Below, piece by piece: positions 14,020 through 27,410 of a DNA stretch of 64,000 nucleotides. Where the stretch lies: contig OX597823.1 in assembly GCA_951406725.2 (NCBI GenBank), positions 57,784,001-57,848,000 of the forward strand, in the 5' to 3' direction. A program made the translations under genes and the position numbers. The notes under the pieces are model-generated. The model was not told the DNA's origin. It was given only the letters and a program-made list of their open reading frames with translations, and searched no databases. The DNA comes from Octopus vulgaris (Eukaryota). Within the stretch, counting starts at the first letter, position 1. Every line of letters begins with the position of its first letter.

Positions 14020-14595
14020 AGATGAAGTATAATGTTGGCTATGGAGATAGCTGAGAAGAAATTGAGCTTTTTACGGCATTCTTCGTAGCGGGTATTACAT
14101 GTGGTGAATAATGCCTATAGCTTAGAATCGAATCCCTCCTGTTAGGGTTCAGTCCTTTAGATATATGCCCCTTGGAATTTCTGATATATATGCTTCCTTA
14201 AATGAATTCCATCTTCGGTGGAGTAGGCATGTAGCGAGCCTGCACAACTCCAGACTCCCGAATTAGACTTCCTTCGGTGAATTAGCTGTTGGTTCTCGGC
14301 TACATGGTGGATATATAAATGTGATACAAAAGACATTCTCAGAGCAACTTCGAGAAAGTATAATATATACCAGTCTGCTCGGGAACATGTTGCTCAAGGT
14401 TGCTCACTGACCGTAGCGCTGTGTGCATTGGCGTGCTGTACTCTGACTCTGATTTCACCAGAGAATTTATGGAAAGGAGGGCTTCACAGAAAGCAAAAAT
14501 CACACCGAGTCTTGACTCTGCTCTTATGTTCGCACCCCTTGCAGGTGCGGATTTTATGCCAATATTGGCCCATAGTCCCATACTTGCAACTGTTT
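14020..14595 (+). mobile_element. RTE-clade LINE 3' fragment, degraded
   Basis: HLRWSRHV...FGELAVGSRLHGG...KDILRATSRKYNI...DRSA...CGFYANIGP*SH matches RTE C-terminal motifs (LRWAGHV, YGELxxGxRxxGG, IGLxSH). Confidence 0.75.
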
Positions 14596-14599
14596 CCCA

Positions 14600-15074
14600 A
14601 TGACAATTCGTACGGGTGGAAATGCAGGTATTCATGCAAAATACGCCTTACCGATCAATTACTGATGCCTCCATCAGTGGAGTGCCTCCAAGCTGAGCGA
14701 TTTGGACTGTGTATCAATGTTTGTTTGATGCGTTTCACATTTTGCGGGTTCTGCGCCCCAACCAGTCTTCTATTCATTAGTGGACATTGTGTAGGAAGTG
14801 CATTAACTTAAGATTGTGTTACGGGTGGGAACAGTTTGATATTAGTGAATGTTAAAGTGGCGCCGAAACACACGCTGAACTGCTGTGACAGACTCGTGAT
14901 TCTTCGCGTAATCTTCATAAGCAAACATGCGATACTCTATCGTCCATGGCACTATGGTTTCACCTGAAAAGAAAAAAAAAGATGCTAAGACACCACACAC
15001 TGCATGGTATCCACCCATTGAGGCTGAATAAGAACCCATTTCAAAAACGTCCGTCCTCTCTGCCCTACCCTGTA
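14600..15074 (-). mobile_element. Tc1/mariner-superfamily transposon 5' half (DUF4817-like HTH)
   Basis: TA+CAGGGT terminus at 15074; WTIEYRMFAYEDYAKNHESVTAVQRVFRRHFNIH and PQNVKRIKQTLIHSPNRSAWRH...SVRRILHEYLHFHPY. Confidence 0.8.
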
Positions 15075-15081
15075 TATAATT

Positions 15082-15275
15082 TTTTTCCTTTACTTGTTTT
15101 AGTGATTGAACTGCAGCTGAGGTTAAATTCAGCTTGTAGGGGTATTTAATCGAACGAATTGCCTTTTGTACTTGTGTTCTTTTTCTCTAGGCCTTGCATT
15201 TATTCTATCGGTCTCTATCGATAAACAAATCAACACGGTTATCAAGTGGTGATTGGGGACAAACACTAAAACACG

Positions 15276-15314
<39 letters not shown>

Positions 15315-15415
15315 GCGCACACACACACACACACACACACAAACACCAAATACGCCTACCAAATCTACTCTGAAAAACTCGGTCGGCTGGGGACTATAGG
15401 ACAATACGCTACCTG
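15082..15415 (-). mobile_element. SINE family B, degraded
   Basis: tttacttgttttagt tail, ttattctatcggtctct, ggggacaaacac, ggtcggc. Confidence 0.7.
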
Positions 15416-16287
15416 GATAATATATATATATATATATATTTATAGGTAAAGGTTTCACACAAGTACTTCACTAAGGACATCCATAGACATACGCGCGCAC
15501 ACACACATAGACACACACACACACAGGCATGAAATTGAGTAACAAGGACAGATTGAAAGATAGACATGGAAGACAACATCCGAAAGAAAGAAGCTTATAC
15601 TGTGAAAATTTCTTTGACATGGATCAGAACATCACTGAATATTTGATGTTTAACGATCTTCCGCTTTAAAGATATAATTCTTTCACTTATGAAATAGATT
15701 TAAGTGTCATTTGCTTAAAATACATAACTAGTCAAACAGTTGCTTCAAGAGTTCAAATACTGCAATGTACATTTTCCTGGCCCTAAAGTCTCTCTTTAGT
15801 CTAAAAAGTTATCAATTATTCCACCGTAGCAATATCCCAAAACGAATCATAGGTACTAATAGTTTATGTATATATATGCAGACGTACGCACACACACATA
15901 TATATATATACACATACATACACACATATATATGTGTGTGTATACATATGTGTGTGCCTGTGTGTATGTATGTATATATGAACTCCATACATTGAAGAAA
16001 CATGCCCTAGGGCGACCTAACTCAGCACATAAACGAACATCATATATGCCCAGAATATAATATGCAAACAAATAATTCAAACAAATTTCCCATCCAACAT
16101 GTCTGGTTTCCCAAGAGCCAAATCTAAGGTAGATCACCATTCAAACGTTGTCACCCAAGAGTAATGCCCTTTGATTTAATGTTTTCTTTGCGAGACTCTG
16201 CGAATTCACGAGGCTTTGTGTTTTCATTCAAAATGGAAACGAACACCATTCCTCCATGTGATCAGTTAGAAAAATTGTTAGGATATT

Positions 16288-16472
16288 ATTCTTTTACTTG
16301 TTTCAGTCATTTGACTGTGGCCATGCTGGAATACCGCCTTTTAGTCGAGCAAATCGACCCCAGGACTTTTCTTTGTAAGCCTAGTACTTAACCGCTAAGT
16401 TATGGGGACTTAAACACACCAGCATCGGCTGTCAAGCGATGTTGCGGGGAGGGGACAAACACAGATACACAA

Positions 16473-16507
<35 letters not shown>

Positions 16508-16688
16508 CATATATATACATATTTACGACGGGCTTCTTGCAGTATCCGTCTACCAAATCCACTCACAAGGCTTTGGTCGGCCCGAGGCTATAGTAGAAGA
16601 CACTTGCCCAAGGTGCCCAAGGTGCCACGCAGTGGGAATGAACCCGGACCCATGCAAGCTACTTACCACACAGCCACTCCTACGCCTA
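16288..16688 (-). mobile_element. SINE family B
   Basis: Head ...cttaccacacagccactcctacgccta to tail cttttacttgtttcagtcatttgactg. Confidence 0.92.
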
Positions 16689-17306
16689 TGCTAAGATATG
16701 TTTTTAACATGAAACCTCTGGTAGCCTTAATACACAAATAAAGAAATTCTATCCACCAATGTGGTGTTGAGCACTCATGCAATGCGTTGATTAGAATCAA
16801 AGTTCTTTGACAATATTGTTTCATTGTAACTTGCGTGTGAAAATATTAATAATTTGTTAGTTGCAGATTTTTAGTTTCGTGAATGATTTATTGATTAGGA
16901 AATTAGGAAAGACAGAAGCAGGTGAACCTGTTTAAGTTGGGCGTCTTTGTCAAAGACTAATTTTGTTTTACATAAATAAAATCTTAGAATTCTGAATGGG
17001 TGGAGATGAGCGGAAATTAAGGTCATAAATTTCCATAGAACATTAGAACTTCTATGATGTGACTCTGATTGCTTTCTAAATCGTTGTTATGTTAACAAAC
17101 GCAAATAAACAATGGTGTACTGTGCCTTTACGATGGTAGAAAATTTTAGTAATACCAACACTGCTTTTGAAAATCACAAACGACATTTCGAAGAAAATTC
17201 CCGTTGAAAAATGCATCAAGCTTGTTATCGATTTATATCACTGTATCACATTCATATTGTTGTTCACGATGATGAAGGCATGAAAGGAGAATTAACCAAA
17301 TTAATA

Positions 17307-17520
17307 TCCTTTCTATTACAGGTACAAGTCCTGAAATTTGATGGGAGGGGTTCCAGTTGATTACATCGACCCCCGAGTGTAACTGATACTTATTTTATCG
17401 ACCTTGAAAAGAAGAACGACAAAGTCGACCTCGCTAGAATTTGAGTTTAGAACGTAAGGTCGGACGAAATGCCGCTAAGCATTTTGTCCGGCGTACTGAC
17501 GATTCTTTCAGCTCACCACC
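17307..17520 (-). mobile_element. SINE family A
   Basis: gattacatcgacccc...tacttattttatcgacc...aaagtcgacctcg...gacgaaatgccgctaagcattt. Confidence 0.88.
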
Positions 17521-18094
17521 AAATTAGCATCGAAAGAAATTTGCGCGCGCAGACACACACTAACATGCACAGGCCACTGAAACCTTCCAAACTGGACATC
17601 AATGTTTAAGCGTTATCTATGTTTAACAAGGTCACCTATGAGTCCAAATCAATCAATATTACAAATTATGAACCCACAAATACATTCCACTTTAAAAGAA
17701 TGAAGGACAACTCAGAATAATTAGATTAAGATATAAGAAATTTACTATCTAGTGTAACAAATGAGTATTAAGATCAGCAGCTGCCAAACGGATATCACTT
17801 TAGTTTTGACACCTGGAGAGAACCATTGAATCCGGCGGTGTCAACAGCGTTAAAATTAGAAACGCAGCCTTAGAATACACCACAGTTACATAGCACTTAT
17901 TTCAAAACGGACATTCTGACCATACAATGAATATAGGCTACTACATAGTTTGTTTCTCAAGCGACATCAATTAAAAACATGATACCACTCCAAAATCGAC
18001 TTGAAGAATATTATATCGCATAAGCAACGTCCTCGAAAAGTGTACAATATATAAGACGACTTAGATCAATATCTATGAAATGAGTATGTATATA

Positions 18095-18930
18095 CAGGGT
18101 GAATAAATTGTAGTCTAAATTACGCAAAAATCTAAATAACACTGACATCTCATTTTAACAGATATATTTACCGAAATTACATTAAATTATCATGAAATAC
18201 TAAAGAGTAAATTTATTCAATAGAATCGCTATTGGCTTTAACCACGGCATCTAGACGACTTTGGAATCTCCTGCAACTCTTTCGGACGTTCTCCTTGTGA
18301 ACGTTGGAGAATGCTGCTATAATCCTTGGCTTCAGTTCATCTTTGGTGTTACAGGCAGTTTTGTTGGTCTCTCGTTCAATTGCACTCCACACAGAAATTG
18401 TCTGACAGCCATCGCTGGGTTCTTCTGCTTGTGTGGAATGGTGCAGAGTCCTGTTGCCAGACATAGTGTCTTCCAGCAGCCACCCTCAGGAGCCAGGGCA
18501 GCACTTCCTCCTCCAGGCACTAGATTTAGACTTCCGTATTGAGTGTGATGCAGTGTAGGAAGATAAATGGAGGCATAACGTCGTTATCACTGGTGATCAC
18601 TCCAAACACCATGATGTTGACTGGATGTTTGGTTTTCATCTCTCCCGATACATATCCTTAGATTGCACTGTCCTAAAACAGACACCCAAACACCTTGAAA
18701 TGTTCGCATTTATGCTTCCAGCGTGAATGCCAAGCAGTACAGAAATGTCGTTTCCAAATTTCTGGCAGAGAGAATTGCGTTGTGGTGGTGTTTTAAATTT
18801 TTTTTATTTTTATCACAGACGGAGTCTAACTGCCCCTATTATACTGTTTAGTCGACAAAATCAAAAACAAACATTGCGCATGCTTGAAATTAAAAATTTA
18901 AAATAGCGACAATTTATCCATTGCAGCCTG
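18095..18930 (-). mobile_element. Tc1/mariner (maT/DD37D-like) element, internally deleted
   Basis: TA-flanked imperfect TIRs CAGGGTG..ATAAATTGT and CAGGCTG..ATAAATTGT; KTKHPVNIMVFGVITSD...YVWQQDSAPFHTSRRTQRWL...VWSAIERETNK...RRFQSRLDAVVKAN; third-aspartate region missing. Confidence 0.85.
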
Positions 18931-18946
18931 TACATATACATACATA

Positions 18947-19018
18947 CACGCACAAACGCATGCACGCACAAACGCATGCACGCACAAACGCATGCACGCA
19001 CAAACGCATGCACGCACA
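18947..19018. repeat. 16-bp minisatellite (CACGCACAAACGCATG)x4.5
   Basis: Direct inspection. Confidence 0.9.
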
Positions 19019-19907
19019 CACACCACATACGCATATATGAAGAAAAAAAACATTGTAGCATTCAGCATATATCATTCTTTTTTATACTCCTAAGTGGGCA
19101 TATTTATATCCAAGTTAATTTCCCGATTGTGGTGGTCTGTATGTTAGAATCAATGAAAAGTAGAATATCTAGGAGTCACAGAAATGAAGGGTGCAAATAT
19201 TACACATAGATTATAAATTAATAGTTTTAAGCCATCAATTTTTCGTATTCTTATTCATGTAATCAGTTAGCGCAATATCATTGATCTGGTGACAGGCTCA
19301 CATAACTAGAAGAATATATTCTCCTATCTCTCGATTTCTTTCTTTCGCTCTTTCTTCCTCATGACGATATAACTGCATCCATTGCTGCAACAGCCAAAAA
19401 ATACATTGAAACCTGTTTAACATTTTGTTTCATACCTCTGATTCAACTTGTTCAGCGCCGTAATGAACGAAAAGCCGAACTTGGCAAGATTGGAACACCA
19501 AACGGTAAATAACTTTACTACATGCCAAAAGATTATTTTGATGCTCTGCTGATTCGCATACTCACGGCCCTAAAATGAACGAAATATATATTTTTAAACA
19601 TACCGAATTAGTTTAAAACGTATGAGAAATATACTGAAAAAAATAAAAAAGAATAATGTAAAATGAATTAAGAAAAGAAATAGATGGATATATAAAAAAG
19701 AAAATTGGGTCAAATTGAAATTAAGCATTTATCACAAATAAATTATTAACAATTCTTCTATAATCAATTAGATAATGTAAGCCACTTGTAGCGTACATAA
19801 TAGGAATTTTAATATTCTTTGGCTTTTTGTTTGTAGCTATTGGAATCAAACGTATCGTTCTAAATAATGGCAGCACATATATTACTAAATTCGTATAGCG
19901 CCTGGAG

Positions 19908-19962
<55 letters not shown>

Positions 19963-20327
19963 CATGGAGAGAAAGAAATACATTTCTGCATACATATGTT
20001 TAAATTGTTTGTGTGCGTGTGCCTGTTTGTACTTTAATATATGTTTTTTCATCTACAGAAAACATATAGCGACCTACGTGAAAATAATTCCAGAGGATGT
20101 TGCTAGGCTAGCTGCATCTTGTAGCAGCAATGTTCTGAGTTCTGTAAATTATATATATTTTTCTTTTCTTTTTTTTTTGTTTTTGTGTGTTTTTTGTTTT
20201 GTTTTGTTTTCAGTGAGTCTAGATGACTGATTTTAAATTCGGATCTGTTTCTGAAAAATTCTACAAATACATAAATACACACACACACACACATATATAT
20301 ATATGTATATGCATGCAAAGACAGAGA

Positions 20328-20388
<61 letters not shown>

Positions 20389-20420
20389 TATATATATATT
20401 TGTGCATGCAAAGACAGAGA

Positions 20421-20470
<50 letters not shown>

Positions 20471-20844
20471 TTACTTCTGAATGCATATATTCAACAATCC
20501 TGCTACGCTTTATAGAGCAAATATTTACTTTAATTTTACTATTATTGGTGCAGACAGTTTACTTCGGAAAACTGCGATATATTGAAATTGCTGTAAATCC
20601 TGAACAGGAAATGTTGAAATCTCCTGAACTCTGCAGTTGCGTAACTGATGGCTGTTTTAATGGTTATCATTAAAAAAAGGGCAATCACATTAATGTGAAA
20701 AACATAAAAAAAAACAAAAAAAAACTTATAACTGGATTCTATTCAATTATGTGAGCTAAGTGCATGATAAAGTACAGGCAGGCAGTTCGGACAGGAAGTT
20801 AAAGCAGTAAAGGAAATACAGTGAAAGAAACAATGAAATGGAGC

Positions 20845-20879
<35 letters not shown>

Positions 20880-21145
20880 AGCGTAAACGTAGGAGTGTGC
20901 AGACTCATTCGTACAAGTATATACACACTTTTCTAAACGCACTTGAGCAAACTACACACATAACGGCTGTACACGTGTATATCACTTTGTAATATGGCCA
21001 CTTTAAACTTGTTCATAAAGTTATATATTTGCACACGTAAGTGGGCATGTATGCATGTGTATGTACAAAATATATACACATATAAACTTATATATCTATG
21101 GATATTTGAATAAGCATTATAATATAGCTATATTCATGTATATAA

Positions 21146-21190
<45 letters not shown>

Positions 21191-21209
21191 TCCACACACA
21201 CGCACGCAC

Positions 21210-21269
<60 letters not shown>

Positions 21270-22482
21270 GCATGCGTTTATGTATACAAGCACATACACG
21301 CGCACACGAACATTTATAAGGTCACGTGCATGACTATCTGGTTTAAAATGTTCTGCTGGAAAGTACACGGGTTCCGGGTTTTTGTCATTTGCACGGCACT
21401 GTAGGCAAATGTATTTTACCGTAGCAACGAGTTGTCCAATGGCTTACGAATGGAATTTAGTAAGCGTGGTCTTGGCTATATATCTGTATGTCTCTGCACG
21501 TTTTCACGCTCAAAAATCAGTGTTTTTTAATTAATTATTCAGACTCTTTCTGTCTCGATAAATGAAAACACGGGAATACATACAAACAAACATACGTGAT
21601 AATCGAGGGTATAAGTAAAATACAGTCGATCACCTCATTAGCAACTCATGCAGGAACCCGGCTAACAAATTGTTCGAGCAGCAGTTTAATAGGTACAACT
21701 TTAGATTAACTCAAGGATGATTGATTATGCTTCAGTCAATTATTACAATCCTAGGTATGTATATGTAATAAATATGTTATAATCCTCACCGAGTAATAGC
21801 AATAATTTGTTATAATAATAGAGGAAACGAGAACTCAAAGTTATGTATGTTTCAATGAATAAATACCATTTATTTCATATTAAATAAAAAAAAGTCCTGC
21901 AATTTCATGCAATAAATTTAGAGTTCATTCATTTATTCAATATTTATATCTTAAACACTTCTGTCTGTGATTGCGGGAATTTTTACAAATCCTGTTACAT
22001 GATCCTGCACAATTATTAAACAAGCAGCATGAAGCCTTCTCCAACGTTTGTCCACAATTCTTTTTAAAAATCGTTCAAGTTTTACCACAGATCTAATTGC
22101 AGTAAAGCAATTATTTCTGATTCTCACTAACATATAGTTTAGACATTGCATGGGCTCACTTAACTAAATTATTATATCCACAGTGTTTTCATATTTTTTT
22201 ATCCTTTCTTTGTAGATCCTAATTTTCTTCTTTATTTCATATTTAAAGCCTCCCACCTAAATTATAATTAACAGAATATTCTCCGAGTTACAACACTGGT
22301 GTAATTAACAGAACACCATTAGGCCTTTCCTCTCTCATGGTTTGGAGTTATACACGAATAAATAAGATACAACTAATCTCACTTTCCAGTTCGCTTTAGT
22401 AATTTATTTAGTATGGTATCTTATTTCTGTTGTCCATTAGTACTATATTTACTTCACCATTGGACCCTATACTTTCACAATA

Positions 22483-22882
22483 CTCTCTTTTACTCTTTTA
22501 CTTGTTTCAGTCATGTAACTGTGGCCATGCTGGAGCACACCTTTAGTCGAGCAAATCGACCCCAGGACTTATTCTTTGCAAGCCTAGTACTTATTCTATC
22601 GGTCTCTTTTGCCGAACCGCTAAGTTACGGAGACGTAAACACACCAGCATCGGTTTTTAAGCGATGTTGGGGGTGGGGACAAACACAAACACACATACAT
22701 GTACATATACATATATACGACGGGCGTCTTTCAGTTTTCATCAAACAAATCCACTCACAAAGCTTTGGTCGGCCCGAAGCTATAGTAGAAGACACTTGCC
22801 CAAGGCGTCACGGAGTGGGACTGAACCTGGAACCATGTAGTTCGTAAGCAAGCTACTTACCACACAGCCACTCCTACGCCTA
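22483..22882 (-). mobile_element. SINE family B
   Basis: Near full-length match to the 41619-42030 copy. Confidence 0.92.
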
Positions 22883-23889
22883 TACTTCAACTTAAAAAAC
22901 AAATTTCTTTCTTCTATTTATTTATCTTTATTTTCGACTTATTTTTGATTTGTTATTCTAAAATCTATATTTTCATCCCTCGGCTCCCAAGGAAAATACA
23001 CCTTCATTAACACAACTAATATTTGAATTTAATACTATGGGCATCTATTTCTAGCACCACTGTAACCAGGCGAATCCTAAATCTCTCCTCACTTTTACTA
23101 GTATCAAGCCCCCTTTAGATTTTGATCATCATTAACTTTTACAAACACCTCATTACCATCACAATCTCACCCATCCCTCTTTTGCCAACTCTGATCCGCG
23201 TTAATGGGTACTTAAAAGATGACACATTCGAACATCTGCTACCCTCACGATACTGACTAGTACATACCTACTCTACTACAACCACCTGTCTGTCATTCCT
23301 TCACGCTGTAGTACAATATCCCTATTCATATCCAACACTTATTCATTCCTTACTCAAATCTAGAACTGGTAACTTCCATAATTCCTTACCATAGATTTTC
23401 ATCGAACAATCTCATTTTAAACAGCTAACGGACGTTACCTATAGTTTTATTGTTTATTTCATGAAAAAAAACTACCTAACGCATACCTATTTTACTCTGT
23501 ACCTTCCCCAATTTTTTACAAACTGTGACATACTATCCTCGACTTGAGACATTCCCTCATTTTTACATCTCTCTGACTTTTCCCTGTCAGATGACGGAAT
23601 AGCTAGCTTGTGGAATCGTTACTCATTCGTTTTATGTTTTTTGTCCCTAGTGTGGTGTTGTGTCTGTCCTTGTAATGTCCCCTCTGTGTTAGTGGCCTGA
23701 GTGCCAAAATAAAGAAAATGTTACTCCGTATGATGACTCACATGCTTGACTCCGATAGAAACAACTGTAAGAGTCTCGGTATGTTTATATCCTCTAACTT
23801 AATTAAATATCTTATTCAAGTGATGCCTAACGTTTTACATTTTCCTTTTACGTTTAATCTATATGCTTACACATGTATATATGCATATA

Positions 23890-24088
23890 TGATAGATCGG
23901 TAGCCACAACATACATTTTTTTCTCTACTTGTTTCTCTCCTTGTTTCTTTCTGTGTTCGTTTCTGTGGAAGAGCGTAAGCCCGAAACGTAAAAGACTTTT
24001 TCAATTCCCGAGCGTGATACTAATACATCTGTTTGTTTTCTACCCCACCTGCCTTCGTCTTTTGTTTTTTTTTTCGTGAATTCTCCCT
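23890..24088 (+). mobile_element. Short hammerhead-like element (same family as 48590-48767)
   Basis: Collinear with the reverse complement of 48590-48767; TTT-CTGTGGA-A-GAGCGTAAGCCC-GAAACGTA-AAAG. Confidence 0.75.
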
Positions 24089-24094
24089 ACATAT

Positions 24095-24460
24095 GCATAG
24101 GAGTGGCTGTGTGGTAAGTAGCTAGCTAACCAACCACACGGTTGCGGGTTCAGTCCACTGCGTGGCATCTTGGGCAAGTGTCTTCTGCTATAGCCCCGGG
24201 CCGACCAATGCCTTGTGAGTGGATTTGGTAGACGGAAACTGAAAGAAGCCTGTCGTATATATGTATATATATGTATATGTGTGTGTGTTTGTGTGTCTGT
24301 GTTTGTCCCCCTAGCATTGCTTGACAACCGATGCTGGTGTGTTTACGTCCCCGTCACTTAGCGGTTCGGCAAAAAGAGACCGATAGAATAAGTACTAAAA
24401 GGTGGTGCTCCAGCATGGCCGCAGTCAAATGACTGAAACAAGTAAAAGAGTAAAAGAGAG
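24095..24460 (+). mobile_element. SINE family B
   Basis: ggagtggctgtgtggtaag head, ggttcagtcc B-box, tail ggtggtgctccagcatggccgcagtcaaatgactgaaacaagtaaaagagtaaaagag. Confidence 0.92.
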
Positions 24461-24521
24461 AGTATACATATATGTATATCAGATTTAAATACATGTGAGT
24501 GTATTTGTGTGTATGTATATA

Positions 24522-24615
<94 letters not shown>

Positions 24616-24769
24616 GCATCCTTTTTGTCTCGGGAGACAATGGAGTTACGCATAAAGTAGTCTAGTCCGGCTTTTACATTTCATGTCCTGATACATTTCC
24701 TGCTGTGGCTGTGTAGTCATATCCTGGACAAACACTCCCTCTGTATATATATATATCGACATCAATAGT

Positions 24770-24802
<33 letters not shown>

Positions 24803-25810
24803 GCAGACGTGCATAATTTCTACCTTGTAATGCAATTCTTGGCTTTCAAAATGACTTCCATTAACCGGCGACTTTACCAAATGTTACAAAATTGATTGTG
24901 CAGAGTGGCATTGCAGTGGTTATGTTGATTTTCATTTAACATAGCGCAATACGAGTTGTGAATGCTGCAACCATAAGACTAAAAGTTAAAAACTACACCA
25001 TTGCACTACTGTGTGCCACAGTAAATATGCATTAATAAACTCCTTCCTATAGTATTTTGAGTGATTATCAACGAGTCTACTTCCAATGTATTACATTTCT
25101 ATACAAATGTCCAAACCAACCTTTATTCTCCCTGTTTGGAAACATTTAATCCATTCACGACATACTTGAATGAATGTAGTTTGTGTGTTTCTATATACAC
25201 ATACTCACACACAGGCACACACAGGCACACACTAACACGCACATATACATACATGCACACATATATATTGTTTTTATTTGACCTCGACCAACGAAGCCGA
25301 CACAGAGGTAGGTTTCTCCCAAGGGAGCTTGATTAGCTGGCTTAAAAAAACATTTATTGCCCCTCTACCTTCCCTTCTATCTTTCTGCCCACTGATACGA
25401 ACACAAACACTCACACACGCACACACCCTCACACGCACACTCATACACATACACAGACGCACGTGTTATATTCATACATACATAAGTGTACCGACTTTCA
25501 CATAAACGTACACATAGCTATGTGCACACAAAACCACATATATAAATGTACTTCAGTACACATAAACACACAAGAACATCTGCCCACATATATAGACTCA
25601 TATGCCTATATACAGACATTTGTGCATATAAACATACATACGCATATATACACATCCATACGCCTTTAAGTACATATTAGCACACATGCACGCATACACG
25701 TGTACATAAAAGCATACCTACATATATCTACCTACACTCATACATATACATACATGCACATATATACGCATATATATATATACGAATGTATGTACATATA
25801 CATAAATATG

Positions 25811-25841
<31 letters not shown>

Positions 25842-26157
25842 TATACAGTCACACAAACACACACACACACACACGCACATACACAGAGCCATATACATAT
25901 GTGCGTGAGTTGATTGGTTGTTAACATTCCTACTTTATTTTTTACTGGTTCACTCACAAAATTAGCGCACTAACTTCACTTCCTGTTCAAACTGCCTGTT
26001 GCGCTTTCCTATGCCATTAAGAGATATTTTTGCATATCATTGTCATTGTCGCTCCAAAGTTTAAAAATCTGCAAACCGTTGCTAATTTGGATATCCCGGC
26101 AGACTGTTAGTCTTTAAATGTCAATAAATATTAAATATACATGTGTACATACACATA

Positions 26158-26195
<38 letters not shown>

Positions 26196-26284
26196 CAATT
26201 GCACACATGTGTCCATTCTCATATGTATGCATGTATATATGTATGTATGCATGCAATGCATGTATGTGTGTATGCATGAATACA

Positions 26285-26319
<35 letters not shown>

Positions 26320-26482
26320 GCGTATTTGTTCTTTATGTTCAGTTATAATGAAAATAATTTTACATTACTTCGATTACTCATACATTGGCAGAGAGCGAAT
26401 TTATTGCTCTTTAACAAACACGGAGTTGAAAGTGATTTCGAAGTTTCGGCCAGCTATTTCATTATTGGAGTGTGATGACTTT

Positions 26483-26570
<88 letters not shown>

Positions 26571-26703
26571 CATATATTTATTAAAGGTGAAACATATTTA
26601 CAAAACTGTTACTCAGAGATCCACGTTTGCGTTCGTCGTTGGGTCCTTAGGTATTCGAGTAGTATTTTTTCCATCTTGTCTTGCATGTATGTGCTTATTC
26701 GTG

Positions 26704-26793
<90 letters not shown>

Positions 26794-26802
26794 TGGAGAG
26801 TG

Positions 26803-26844
<42 letters not shown>

Positions 26845-27145
26845 ATGATAGAAAATGGAATTAATGACATAACTACAAGCACACATACACACGCATACAC
26901 GCACGATTACAAATAGAAACAGATGCAAAAACGAAGTGGAATTAATGTTAGGGCACATTCTTACACATTTACTACTTTTAAAGATGTTTTATAATAATTA
27001 ACTAACATTAAATGCCTCTCTTCAGGTCATTATTTAAATATATATATAACACACACACAAACACGCTCACACACATTTACCAACACATACATATAAATCG
27101 ATTCATGCTTTTATGTTTACGCTTGTGTGTATGTGTATACAAAAA

Positions 27146-27340
27146 TTCTTTTATTCTTTTACTTGTTTCAGTCATTTGACTGCTGTGATGCTGGCTCACC
27201 GACTTTAGTCAAGCAAATCGACCACAGGATTTATTCTTTGTAAGCCTAGTACTTATTCTATCATTTTTTTTTTGTCGAACCAGCATCGTTTTTCAAGCGA
27301 TGTTGGGGGGATAAACACAGACATACAAACACACACACAT

Positions 27341-27345
<5 letters not shown>
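27146..27345 (-). mobile_element. SINE family B, 3' half (5' half at 28505-28667)
   Basis: Tail through gggggataaacacagaca; interrupted within its internal microsatellite. Confidence 0.8.
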
Positions 27346-27409
<64 letters not shown>

Positions 27410-27410
27410 T

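Noticed and set aside
20310-20422. 20-bp repeat TGCATGCAAAGACAGAGAGA flanking (TA)n as a TSD
   Set aside because: Only microsatellite lies between the copies; best explained as local slippage duplication
21950-23560. Possible ancient retroelement coding remnants
   Set aside because: No diagnostic motif could be recovered by eye
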